A stretch of 39,331 bases of DNA, from contig JAQGDQ010001468.1 in NCBI GenBank assembly GCA_030141605.1, forward strand, positions 1 to 39,331, given 5' to 3'. A program made the translations under genes and the position numbers. The DNA comes from Tubiluchus corallicola (Eukaryota > Animalia > Priapulida). Positions 1 to 12,528 of this stretch are shown in pieces (position 1 is the stretch's first letter; every line of letters begins with the position of its first letter). The notes beneath the pieces were generated by a model that worked only from the letters and a program-made list of their open reading frames with translations, had not been told where the DNA came from and searched no databases.

Positions 1-70
1 CCCAAGGTAGTATATGTATTAGAAACCACAATATATTAGACTGTAGTTCAACAAGCTAGACTACTTTTTC
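1..70 (-). repeat. One inverted unit of the 69-bp minisatellite found at 5426-6949; may continue left of the window
   Basis: The reverse complement of 1-70 is GAAAAAGTAGTCTAGCTTGTTGAACTACAGTCTAATATATTGTGGTTTCTAATACATATACTACCTTGGG, which matches the array unit. Confidence 0.95.
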
Positions 71-728
71 TACTCTAACATTATAACTTGTTGTAACGTG
101 TTATAACATGTAAAACTTGTAAACACATATAACTTGTTATTACATGTAAATATTCTTATTTTTTATATTACTAACAAATTGAAAAAAATGTACTGCAATT
201 TCTAAACAAATACTATTTTGGTTACGAAATGCTAAAAATGCATTTCATTTAAAACGATATTACTGACTTTTTTCACTATCCATTCCCGTCGTTTATACAT
301 ACTGTACGTCTGTCTGTATAGATCTGTATAGGTGTACAGACATACAGAAGCATACAGTACATTATTTAGTATAATGTCGAGAACAAAAATAAAATGGACC
401 CAGTGCTTTCGCCACCATGTCGAGAACAAGAATTATATTTGTTTTTCTTTGTCGTTTAATGCATTAGACTGAATGTTTTTATCTAAAGTTCGTTCTGCAA
501 AAGTATTATTAGTGTTTGTTGTCCTTTGCCGTGTCACCTGTGTATATTTGTAAATGAAAACAATAAATTAATGAGTTAAAACATCATGATGTACTTATTT
601 ACATTATCATTTCATAACATACAATGTGTAAATGAAAATATATAAGTGTTAGTAGACGTCACAACATATTACAATTCAATATTTAATCCTGGGAATTTCT
701 ATCCCGACACCTACAGTGTCTTTATTAC

Positions 729-1832
729 GTTAAGAGATAGCTTTGCCTCTAAACGCGGGAAATTTACTTCCCTTTAGCTACAGTTAGTACATATTAAGTT
801 TAGAGATAGCTTTACCTCTAAACGCGGGAAACTTTACTTATCTTTAACTACAGTTAGTACATATTAAGTTAAGAGATAGCTTTGCCTCTAAACGCGGGAA
901 ACTTTACTTCCCTTTAACTACAGTTAGTACATATTAAGTTAAGAGATAGCTTTGCCTCTAAACGCGGGAAACTTTACTTCCCTTTAACTACAGTTAGTAC
1001 ATATTAAGTTTAGAGATAGCTTTGCCTCTAAACGAGGGAAACTTTACTTCCCTTTAACTACAGTTAGTACATATTACGTTAAGAGATAGCTTTGCCTCTA
1101 AACGAGGGAAACTTTACTTCCCTTTAACTACAGTTAGTACATATTAAGTTAAGAGATAGCTTTGCCTCTAAACGCGGGAAACTTTACTTCCCTTTAACTA
1201 CAGTTAGTACATATTAAGTTTAGAGATAGCTTTACCTCTAAACGTGGGAAACTTTACTTCCCTTTAACTACAGTTAGTACATATTAAGTTAAGAGATAGC
1301 TTTGCCTCTAAACGCGGGATGCCTCTAAACGTGGGAAATTTTACTTCACTTTAACTACAGTTAGTACATATTAAGTTAAGAGATAGCTTTGCCTCTAAAC
1401 GCGGGAAACTTTACTTCCCTTTAACTACAGTTAGTACATATTAAGTTTAGAGATAGCTTTGCCTCTAAACGTGGGGAAACTTTACTTCCCTTTAACTACA
1501 GTTAGTACATATTAAGTTAAGAGATAGCTTTGCCTCTAAACGCGGGAAACTTTACTTCCCTTTAACTACAGTTAGTACATATTAAGTTTAGAGATAGCTT
1601 TGCCTCTAAACGCGGGAAACTTTACTTCCCTTTAACTACAGTTAGTACATATTAAGTTTAGAGATAGCTTTGCCTCTAAACGCGGGAAACTTTACTTTAA
1701 CTACAGTTAGTACATATTAAGTTAAGAGATAGATTTGCCTCTAAACGTGGGAAACTTTACTTCCCTTTAACTACAGTTAGTGCATATTAAGTTAAGAGAT
1801 AGCTTTACCTCTAAACGCGGGAAACTTTACTT
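729..1832 (+). repeat. 70-bp minisatellite, about 15-16 copies
   Basis: Unit AAGAGATAGCTTTGCCTCTAAACGCGGGAAACTTTACTTCCCTTTAACTACAGTTAGTACATATTAAGTT recurs at 871, 941, 1011, 1081, 1151 and onward, with a few internal indels. Confidence 0.97.
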
Positions 1833-3054
1833 CGTACAGTTATTTATACAGAGTAAATATTAAGTTGCTTACTTCGTTAATGAGTTTCCAACAATATATA
1901 AATACTTCGAGTTAATTCTTTTCGGAACTATCAAGTAATTGGTTTACGTTCTAATAGCATCAAACGAAGATAATCATTCTCGCTGGTCGCTTAAGCAAAT
2001 AATACCCTTGTATTTGCCATGCTCTCAAATGGGTCATTCTACAACAACGCATCCAGTAACCAGACGCGGCTTCAGTGGGCAATTATTATTATGGCTTCTA
2101 CATATTCGGACAGATCAATAATATTGCAAGGCGAGCAAGAAGCTGGTGCATTGGGAATGGACATTACTGTTTGGTATGTAGAGTGCAGGATGGTTACACG
2201 ACTGAAGAATTACTATTTTCTCTGAGGAACTGAAGTAATTTGAAAAGTAGGTCACGATGAAATAATTAAATAGTGTTTTGTCCAGTTTGTCTGTCTGCAT
2301 GTCTGTAACCCATAACCTCAATAAAAAATGATGAACAATTTGGTACAGGTTGAATTCCTTTATTATTGTGCTCAAAAAAAGGAGTGAAGGCGGTGTAAAG
2401 GGGGTGGGAGGGTTCAACATAAATTGCAGTCTGAAATAATAAAAGCAAAAAGCAACATTTAGAACTTAATAATTCACTTAGGCTTAACACACTGCAACAA
2501 AAATTAAATTTAAAGCACTAACCTCAGTTTAGGTAAATCAAAAAACCACAAAATATAATTTAAAGCCACATACCTTAACAAACTACATTATGAAATTTGA
2601 AATCTGAACTTTACCAGCAGACTATGAAACCTGAACTATGACTGCCCAACATACGATAGCCAGGACTCCTGTTACACCTCATTAACTCTAGTTGAAACCC
2701 AGTAAATGTAAATAGATAGTACAGTAAACAGCTTAAGAAATAGGTAAATTGTTTTTACAGGCAAATAACCAAAAGATGGCAGCACCTCGCTAAGATACTA
2801 CAACTTTCTACTAAGTCTAAGTCTAAAAAAACTTTAATTATATAACAACTGCGTAACAAAATGCATTTTTATCAAATTGTTTTCTTAACAATACAATTAA
2901 GAGAAGTTAATTTACTTTTCACGAAAACTGACTCGGTTATTATCGAAGTTGGCCAGCTGAGTTTTTTTTTGTTGAAAATGAAAGCTTTTAATTTCTATCT
3001 AACTTCATTAGTCGATATTCAACTTCATGAACGGGTGCTTTAGTGGCTTATTGG

Positions 3055-3990
3055 CTTGCAATGTAACTTTACAAACAGGTCTATTTCGCCGTGAGGTCAA
3101 TCTCGTTCTTATCTGGCAGCTAATACAATAAGATTTTAGTAAGTTTTCATATTATCACGTCACAATAAAGTAAATTCGTATTCTAAACTTCGTATTGCAC
3201 AAAAACGGATTCTACGGCAACGCTAAAGGACATTCTAGACAACGTGTTCGCGAAAGGGAGTCCATGGCAACAATGAATGGCGTTCTAAGCAACAGTTGGG
3301 CAGAAACCCTCAATTAGCGTGTAACCCAATGTTTTGCATTCTGCACCAGCTTTTATGATTGACCACAATTACACGCTTAATGTAAAACCAGACCCAATCT
3401 TAAACTGTAGGTCAGAACAATCTACTCTTTAAAATATTGAAAGGAAATATACCATTTCTTCAAAAATGACTTACGTGAAAGAATTATTACCACACAAACA
3501 CAATTTAATGCTCGCGCCACTAGTTCTTCTTTGCTTTTACATGCATTTCGCCATTCGCTAGTTAGACGGGCACTAGCGCTGCATTTGCACAAAAACAGGC
3601 GCTGTACCTCAGTTCAGATGTGTTAGTTTGTGACGAACTACACACGTTCGACAGCTCATGCGTGAGCACAGCAGTAAATTTGAAATTTAAGTTTTTATCT
3701 GAAAACTTGCTTAGTTTTAGTACAACACACTGAATATCTTACAGTAGCACTGTACTTCAATTTTCGCTTTCTGAAACACGTGCAACACGCTCGTGGACTA
3801 TTTTTGCTGCTGAAAATTATGTTAGTTTGTGATGTCATCAATAGTTGAGCTCGCCCGCCGTTAATTAAGTTTTTAATCTATTATTTAACTATCAGAAACA
3901 CTTGCACTATTATTGGTATTAAAATGTGTACTTTTTATCAGACTTGAAAATGGGGTAGTATATGAAAAATCATCCCGTCTTCCTTTAAGA
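3055..3990 (+). mobile_element. Dispersed repeat family A (probable non-autonomous DNA element), copy 1
   Basis: Long near-identical matches to 13015-13775 (inverted) and 14080-14672 (direct). No credible coding capacity. Confidence 0.8.
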
Positions 3991-4629
3991 ACATGAGTTA
4001 AGCATCTGCATGCAGTGCTTGTTTTGGTAGTCAATACAAAGTCATTTAGTATCGTATAAAAACACAAAAATGTCATTGTTCACGCACTTCATTACATTAT
4101 TTAGCATGTTTTAGAGAACCAGCATCTTATTACTAACTCAGTTACTTCATCGAAAGACAGTACTTTCAGCAAAAATGTTCAGTTTAACACAATTAAAATA
4201 TGTCCAGCCCATCTCTATTGTGAATTTATGGTTGTTTATGTAATGAGCAGATCAAACAATTACTTGTGGTGTGTTGGAAATACAATTAACCTGGTTTCTA
4301 CGTGGTCATTATTACTTACATGTATTTGCATAGCGCTTATGTTGAAGCAGGCTGCACAACTGCTTGTTGTGTAATACCTTGCACCTGTTCGTTATGCGGC
4401 ACTTATATAAAAGGTGTACTCAGTAACTGCCTGTGGTGTCTTATAAATGTGCCCTTTATATGATAATGAAAGTAGACACATTTTCCGAGGAAAATAAGCT
4501 AAGGAGATCAATGCAAGGCGACAATGGCCTATGATAGCTACTCACGTTTTAATGACAAATATAATAGGCCACAGCCAAAATATGCAAATGCCTACTAGTA
4601 ACAAATTTGACAATATGGAGAGTTGAGAG

Positions 4630-5110
4630 TATATATATATATATATATATATATATAATCTTTATTTGCCATTAAAATACATTGATAATCACTGATAAAA
4701 ACTTTACAGAGATGATCAATCAGTGTTAGTTAATAAAAACTTACACTGCTAAAGGCAAATGCGTCAGTGCAATCTAAACTACTGTGCAGTAATGGAAAGT
4801 AACGACGAATAAAATCAAACGTATTTACAACTATGCACAAAAAATGAAAAAAAACATGATTTAATTAATATGGCCGTGGGTATATGAATTCTGAATTAGT
4901 GTGTATGTTGTCGTACTGGTGTGATGGTATTCCATATCTGGTTAATATTAGTGATTTTAATTTTGTTTTAAATGCTGATAGGGACTTGATTTGTTTAACC
5001 TGTAATGGTAGAGAATTCCAAAGTAGAATTGCTTGTTTGGCTACAGAGTTCGTTCCATAGTGGGTATTTGTCCTAATTTGTTTTAGATTGCTTGTTCTGG
5101 AATTAACGAT
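4630..5110 (-). mobile_element. 5'-truncated CR1/L2-type LINE 3' end with (AT)n tail
   Basis: The minus strand encodes RTSNLKQIRTNTHYGTNSVAKQAILLWNSLPLQVKQIKSLSAFKTKLK, the WNxLP...FK..LK ORF2 C-terminal motif. A 3' UTR, AATAAA and (AT)n follow. Homologous to 20640-21135. Confidence 0.8.
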
Positions 5111-5425
5111 AGGATTTGGAAGAAAGTTAGGAGTTAGCTTTAGCTACCTCTGAATACTTTAGTAACTAGGCTCTTACTTTTATACTGTAATGTATACGTT
5201 CAAACCAAAGTTGCGTTCCCATATCTATCAGTTTATTCTGCAAAAAGTACAAATTTTCTGTAGTCTACAATTACTACCTCTACAAAACTACTGAAATAAG
5301 TGCTAGAAAATAAGTGCTACAGATTACTACGTTACACTAAAAAGCTAAAAATGCATACATACATTGTTGGTTCAATATTGAGTCAAGAAAAAGCCAGAAT
5401 GTCAGTAAAAGGTAGCAGTATAATT

Positions 5426-6949
5426 AAAAAAGTAGTCTAGCTTGTTGAACTACAGTCTAATATTTTGTGGCTTCTAATGCATATACTACCTTGAGAAAAA
5501 GTAGTCTAGCTTGTTGAACTACAGTCTAATATATTGTGGCTTCTAATGCATATACTACCTTGGGAAAAAGTAGTCTAGCTTGTAGAACTACAGTCTAATA
5601 TTTTGTGGCTTCTAATGCATATACTACCTTGAGAAAAAGTAGTTTAGCTTGTTGAACTACAGTCTAATATATTGTGGCTTCTAATACATATACTACCTTG
5701 GGAAAAAGTAGTCTAGCTTGTTGAACTACAGTCTAATATTTTGTGGCTTCTAATGCATATACTACCTTGAGAAAAAGTAGTCTAGCTAGTTGAACTACAG
5801 TCTAATATATTGTGGCTTCTAATACATATACTACCTTGGGAAAAAGTAGTCTAGCTTGTTGAACTACAGTCTAATATATTGTGGCTTCTAATGCATATAC
5901 TACCTTGAGAAAAAGTAGTCTAGCTTGTTGAACTACAGTCTAATATTTTGTGGCTTCCAATGCATATACTACCTTGAGAAAAAGTAGTCTAGCTTGTTGA
6001 ACTACAGTCTAATATTTTGTGGCTTCTAATGCATATACTACCTTGAGAAAAAGTAGTTTAGCTTGTTGAACTACAGTCTAATATATTGTGGCTTCTAATG
6101 CATATACTACCTTGAGAAAAAGTAGTCTAGCTTGTTGAACTACAGTCTAATATATTGTGGCTTCTAATGCATATACTACCTTGGGAAAAAGTAGTCTAGC
6201 TTGTTGAACTACAGTCTAATATATTGTGGCTTCTAATGCATATACTACCTTGAGAAAAAGTAGTCTAGCTTGTTGAACTACAGTCTAATATATTGTGGCT
6301 TCTAATGTATATACTACCTTGGGAAAAAGTAGTCTAGCTTGTTGAACTACAGTCTAATATATTGTGGCTTCTAATACATATACTACCTTGGGAAAAAGTA
6401 GTCTAGCTTGTTGAGCTACAGTCTATTATATTGTGGCTTCTAATGCATATACTACCTTGAGAAGGGGTAGTCTAGCTTGTTGAACTACAGTCTAATATAT
6501 TGTGGCTTCTAATGCATATACTACCTTGGGAAAAAGTAGTCTAGCGTGTTGAACTACAGTCTAATATATTGTGGCTTTTAATGCATATATTACCTTGGGA
6601 AAAAGTAGTCTAGCTTGTTGAACTACAGTCTAATATATTGTGGCTTTTAATGCATATATTACCTTGGGAAAAAGTAGTCTAGTTTGTTGAACTACAGTCT
6701 AATATATTGTGGCTTCTAATGCATATACTACCTTGGGAAAAAGTAGTCAAGCTTGTTGAGCTACAGTCTAATATATTGTGGCTTCTAATGCATATACTAC
6801 CTTGGGAAAAAGTAGTCTAGCTTGTTGAACTACAGTCTAATATTTTGTGGCTTCTAATGCATATACTACCTTGGGAAAAAGTAGTCTAGCTTGTTGAGCT
6901 ACAGTCTAATGTATTGTGGCTTCTAATGCATATACTACCTTGAGAAGGG
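5426..6949 (+). repeat. 69-bp minisatellite, about 22 copies
   Basis: Unit GAAAAAGTAGTCTAGCTTGTTGAACTACAGTCTAATATATTGTGGCTTCTAATGCATATACTACCTTG(A/G) with period 69 (AGTAGTCTAG at 5431 and 5500). Confidence 0.97.
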
Positions 6950-7029
6950 GTAATGGACCAAAACATTTGTACCTGCAATAATTACCATAAGAAAAACTTC
7001 TCAATTTGTCTATAAAAACTGAACGATGA

Positions 7030-7157
7030 AAGACGCATCTGCTGAAATTTTGAAAATTAATTAACACTCAAAGGTTTATAAGCTTTAACAGACGCATCTG
7101 CTGAAATTTTGAAAACTAATTAACACTCAAAGGTTTATTGGCTTTAACAGACGCATT
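7030..7157 (+). repeat. About 59-bp tandem duplication (two copies plus the start of a third)
   Basis: AGACGCATCTGCTGAAATTTTGAAAA(T/C)TAATTAACACTCAAAGGTTTAT..GCTTTAAC is repeated. Confidence 0.9.
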
Positions 7158-8153
7158 TTACCATTATCACGTGCGGCAAGTCAGAAGTTTCACTTTGTTG
7201 ACTGCAATGATAAATTTATAATATCTCCCTGCAGTGCTGCATCACGGAGGCTGCGTGAGCATGTTATTCAAAGCAATTTCACAGACAACTATTATGATAA
7301 TAAATAAGTTATGCTTATGCTCCATAATTATGCGAAGGCCTAGTCAACTGTTATTTATAACGGCGCAACATGTATAGTTCAATGTATAGGCCTATACTAC
7401 ATGTGCATATGGGATGCCCACACTGTATCTCGACACTAGGCGGAGGAGCTGCCAACGGCTAGAGGGCGGAGGAGGTCAAGTGACCCAACGGCCATTTGTA
7501 GAGGAGTAAACCTTGCAAATCAGGAGTGGAGCCCCAAAGGAGGACCAGTGCAGTATGCTCACTGACTCCGGCAGCTCCTGCAGCCAACCTGGTGCCAAAC
7601 GTATCGCTCCGCTTTCCTTTGGACTACACCAAGGAGGAAGAGAGGGTTCCTGTTGTCTGGGCAACACAGGATCTCCATACACCTTGCCCAGGCGTGCGCC
7701 CTGGAGACGTTCAAAGATCGGACTGCTCAGTCACAGTCGACGCTGCAGCTCCATCAATGTGATCAATAACTGACTCTCTTGGCGCACATTCCATTGTCTT
7801 CCGAGACAGAAGGATGCCAACAACAACATGTGCACGCGATGACAATCTTTTTATCAAATAATAGAACAGCGAAGTTGTTCGATGAAGGAGCCACCTCGCG
7901 GGCTATAATCAACTTTACTCCGTACTGTCGTAGTTTCTGCTCAAAATTTAATGTACCCATTTGCAGCTTCGCAAAATTAGCCACTCGCTAACACGATTTT
8001 CCCGTTTCACAAGCAAGAAAATGCGGTGCAATTTCTAGATAATTTGCTGCTTTGCACGAGGGATTTGGGGCTGCATTATGCCGTCCGTTACTGATGCCGC
8101 AGGGTCAGAAACGTGTCAAAGTTCAAGAAAGTACTTCCTTTAGTTACAGTAAC

Positions 8154-8651
8154 TTCTTCTTCTTCTTCATCATCTTCTTCTTCTTCTTCTTCCCAGCTTT
8201 TCCCTATTCGGGGTCGCCGTTGTGAATGAGTCTTCTCCACGCATTCCTGCTGTTGACCATCTCTTCATTTATGTCTTCAATTCCCACATGATCTTCACCG
8301 ACTCTTCTTTTCAGGTGTCCATACCATCGCAATCTTGCAATGGTACTACTACTTTTACTGTTCCTCTGATATTATTATTTCTAATTCTATCTCTTCTTGT
8401 TATTCCCACCATCCATCTCAACATCCTCATCTCCACCACACCCATTTTCTTCTCTTCGGTCTTCTTTAGAGAAGCTGCTTCCAGCCCATAGATTAGAGCG
8501 GGTCGGACCACTTCTTTGCGAACTTTCCCTTTAAGTCTCACCGAAGACTCATTCATAGAAGGTTTTGGCTCAGTTTTTACAGGCGGATGCCCTTCCTATT
8601 TATCCGGGCTTGGGACCGGCACTGAGTTGGGCTGGTTTCAAGTGGCTAGGT
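8154..8651 (-). mobile_element. Non-autonomous, internally deleted (bipartite) RTE-clade retroposon
   Basis: ORF 8311-8556 (RPALIYGLEA...EMRMLRWMVGITRRDRIRNNNIRG) is a typical RTE post-RT C-terminus. The 3' end is GGCGACCCC...(GAA)n. The 5' end carries GCCGGTCCCAAGCCCGGATAAA..GGAAGGGCATCC. A 19-bp TSD TTCCT(T/C)TAGTTACAGTAAC lies at 8135-8153 and 8652-8670. Confidence 0.9.
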
Positions 8652-8868
8652 TTCCTCTAGTTACAGTAACATACATATATAATTCGTCTTAATTCATCTG
8701 AGGGCTGTTGTCATGACGACGAACTGCTAGGCAACGGTGAGGACGCCGTACTAATGATGTGATGTAATAGTACTAACAATGAAAGGAAAAACAATGCCCA
8801 GGTAACTTAACGAGTTTTAGTAAAACTAAAGCTCACTGTTCGACATTAGCCCAGTACAGACTGTGTAT

Positions 8869-9245
8869 TGTTAGTTGTAGATTCACCACTGAATAGTGAG
8901 CTCACTCCCTTAGTAAAATTAATTTGGTTGTATAGTGGATAGTGCGTTGTATTGGTTGTGTGTAGCTGATTATTGAAGCTTGAGGAATGGCAAAGCTATG
9001 AAGAGTCTGATTACAAAATGACACGTTTATTAAACATCAACATCATAAATATCATAGATAGCAATGCCAGAAGCCCCTGACCTGTACGCTCCGCCTCCCA
9101 GACTCAATCTAAGACTAATTTCTCCAGCTGGAGGCCCTGCACGCCTTATATATCGTAGGCGGTGTCCCGACGCCTCAATTCCTGGATCACGTAATCACGT
9201 GACACCACTCCTTAACAGGCTTCATCATACCAGCATCTATCAACA
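8869..9245 (-). mobile_element. Solo-LTR-like repeat, copy 1
   Basis: TGT...ACA termini on the minus strand and an internal AATAAA. Shares TCAGGGGCTT(C/T)TGGCATTGCTAT, ATAGCTTTGCCATTCCTCAA, CAGCTACACACA and CCACTATACAA with 26120-26300 in the opposite orientation. No clean TSD found. Confidence 0.55.
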
Positions 9246-9678
9246 TAATTATTTATCATAATCTACTGCTTTTAACATAACTTACTTTCTTATTAAATGC
9301 AACGAATAATGAGAGGATTCTTGGTGGGAAGGTGATGGGAACATGCCTCCATTTCTGCGAATGAACAAAATTCCATAAATCTTCATGAGTTAGCATACTT
9401 AGAGTCAAAGTCCAAAGCTTACACGTCGAACCACGTTTGACAATACTAAAAGTGCTTTTCATCCTGTTTGTTCCTTAAATTTTAGCTAGCATTGATAGGA
9501 ACTGCCTCACAAATGCTCTTGCTAGCTTGTGAAGAGCTTGCAAGAGCACTGAACAATACCGTGCTGAGTTTCTGGCCGAGTTGGAAAATTGCATCGCCGT
9601 GGTTTGCTAAGGCAGAATTGACTTTCGAGCTGTGTTTGAGTTGACATGTTATTCACCAGCTACTGGTTTGCAGTTTGA

Positions 9679-10381
9679 AGGAAAGAATGAGTCACTCAGT
9701 ATGTTGGGTTTATTTTACTGTTATCACTTAAACTGTTTGTGGTGTGCCAAAGGAAAGAACAAGTCACTCAGCATGTTGGGTTTATTTTACTGTTATTACT
9801 TAAACTGTTTGTGGTGTGCTAAAGGAAAGAACAAGTCACTCAGTATGTTGGGTTTATTTTACTGTTACCACTTAAACTGTTTGTGGTGTGCTAAAGGAAA
9901 GAACAAGTCACTCAGTATGTTGGGTTTATTTTACTGTTATCACTTAAACTGCTTGTGGTGTGCTAAAGGAAAGAACAAGTCACTCAGTATGTTGGGTTTA
10001 TTTTACTGTTATCACTTAAACTGCTTGTGGTGTGCTAAAGGAAAGAACAAGTCACTCAGTATGTTGGGTTTATTTTTCTGTTATCACTTAAACTGTTTGT
10101 GGTGTGCTAAAGGAAAGAACAAGTCACTCAGTATGTTGGGTTTATTTTACTGTTATCACTTAAACTGTTTGTGGTGTGCTAAAGGAAAGAACAAGTCACT
10201 CAGTATGTTGGGTTTATTTTACTGTTATCACTTAAACTGTTTGTGGTGTGCTAAAGGAAAGAACAAGTCACTCAGTATGTTGGGTTTATTTTACTGTTAT
10301 CACTTAAACTGCTTGTGGTGTGCTAAAGGAAAGAATAAGTCACTCAGTATGTTGGGTTTATTTTACTGTTATCACTTAAAC
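9679..10381 (+). repeat. 72-bp minisatellite, about 10 copies
   Basis: Unit AAAGGAAAGAACAAGTCACTCAGTATGTTGGGTTTATTTTACTGTTATCACTTAAACTGTTTGTGGTGTGCT. It generates the 24-aa-repeat ORF 9632-10453. Confidence 0.97.
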
Positions 10382-10879
10382 TTAGAAAAATATGACAAAG
10401 AAATTTGCAAAAAACTGCCTATAAAGCATAAATTTAAGATGTACAACCTCTGAATAGAAATTTTCAGGCGTGGTGGTTGCCGCCATTCACTTAAAAATCG
10501 TGACGTAACTGGAAGACTTCGTGACTTTTCGTAAGCGCGTCGTATCTTTCCGTAAACGCGCGCTGTTTAGACTAATTCAAACCTCTGCAACTCACCTAAT
10601 GTTCACGCAAAAATATTACAAAATTAGCTATGCAATTTTTTGTTTTAAAAACGTATTATACTTTTGAAGAAGATTGACAGTGCATTACTTTTTCTTCAAG
10701 ACGAATGACATCATTGGTGGAAGAATGGGCACTGAAAATGGGAGTGTCCAAGCAGGAAGTGATCGCGTCTTATCCTACAGTTCATCCTATAACATATGGA
10801 AAGGGAATATATTCCTCTCAATACGTTACAGGATAGACTGTTTAAGAAGTAGTTCAAAGTTTGAGCCGGTTTCCTTTAA

Positions 10880-11337
10880 TCCTTTCATTCCCAAATTATT
10901 TTTTAATAAGAAAATTTTTTTTGGCTTGGTACTTTTGTTCAGTATGTCCATCTTGTTTACACATGATAATTATTTTTTTTCTACCAGTGCCCGCGTGCTA
11001 AATATAGCCTGTTTCCCACGGTATACATTGGGATTCAATGGAAGCATAAAATTTGCTTCATTTTGCAACTGCTGATAATTTTTTAAACTATTTAAGACAT
11101 TTAGTATGCATGCTATGCTGATCTGTACAAAGTCGTCTCTAAAGTACTGTACCTTGAGTAGTTTTTGTGCTATGTAGATTTTCTAGTTTGCCATTTTATC
11201 ACCATTTTAGTCTATTGTTACTGGCTTAAATCAAAATAACTATTAACAGATCAAATAACTGTCAGTTTTAAAATTTTATTAATTTTAAAGGCCGAAAATA
11301 TTCTCGTATCCCACGGGATACAACGGGTATGAAAGGG
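10880..11337. mobile_element. piggyBac-type MITE
   Basis: TTAA at 10876-10879 and 11338-11341 flank imperfect TIRs TCCTTTCATTCCC and GGGTATGAAAGGG. Confidence 0.75.
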
Positions 11338-11393
11338 TTAACCTAAAATGGGAGAAAATGAATACCTGTGAACAAAAACATCAATTGTTGTCA

Positions 11394-11774
<381 letters not shown>

Positions 11775-12039
11775 CTAGTGAAATGAACTGATGTATTAGC
11801 AAAAGTTCAATGTATGCAAACGCTATTTATGGGTTACCCGCTTGCTAATAAACTTTACAAAGAGGTCTGTTTCGCTGTGATTGTCGCTTTACGACAATGG
11901 TGAATGGTGTTCTAAAAAGTATAAAGGCAAAGAGGTGGGTAGAAGAAATTCAATAAACGAGTGACGCAATGCTTTGCATTCCGGACCAATTTTTGGATCA
12001 CTCAATAATGTAGATAGCTAGAAGACTAAACCATTGTCT

Positions 12040-12129
12040 TTCTTTATCCTCTTTCTCTCTCTTTCTGTCTCTCTCTCCCCCTCTCTCTTTCTCTTTCTCC
12101 CTCCCCCTCTCTCTCTTTCCCCCGCCCTC

Positions 12130-12185
<56 letters not shown>

Positions 12186-12347
12186 GACTCCCCTCTCCCC
12201 TCTCTCTCTCTCTTTCTCTCTCTCCACCCTCTCTCTTTCTCTTTTTCTCTCTCCCCCTCTCTCTCTCTTCTCTCTCTTTCTCTCTTGCTCCCTTTCTCTT
12301 CCCCACCCTCTCTCTTTCTTCCCCTCTCTCTCTTTCTCTCTCTCTGT

Positions 12348-12386
<39 letters not shown>

Positions 12387-12407
12387 CTCTTTCTCTCTCT
12401 CTTTCTT

Positions 12408-12458
<51 letters not shown>

Positions 12459-12477
12459 TTCTCTCTCTCTCTCTCTC

Positions 12478-12525
<48 letters not shown>
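12040..12525 (+). repeat. Imperfect (CT)n polypyrimidine microsatellite, about 490 bp
   Basis: Read directly from the sequence. It produces the spurious (ER)n and (LS)n ORFs. Confidence 0.98.

Positions 12526-12528
<3 letters not shown>

Noticed and set aside
8085-8125. Hammerhead-like CTGATG...GAAACGTGTC
   Set aside because: It lacks the invariant A of CUGANGA, and stems I and II do not pair.
729-10381. CRISPR-like arrays
   Set aside because: The units are head-to-tail with no unique spacers, there are no cas genes, and the DNA is eukaryotic.
9632-10453. 273-aa Cys/His-containing repeat ORF that could suggest a zinc finger
   Set aside because: It is the translation of a near-identical 72-bp DNA tandem repeat, with a GTG start and no canonical zinc-finger spacing.
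1-11340. Second SLC16 coding exon, expected to begin with (W)VGS
   Set aside because: Not found by eye on the minus strand. It probably lies left of the window, though a miss cannot be excluded.
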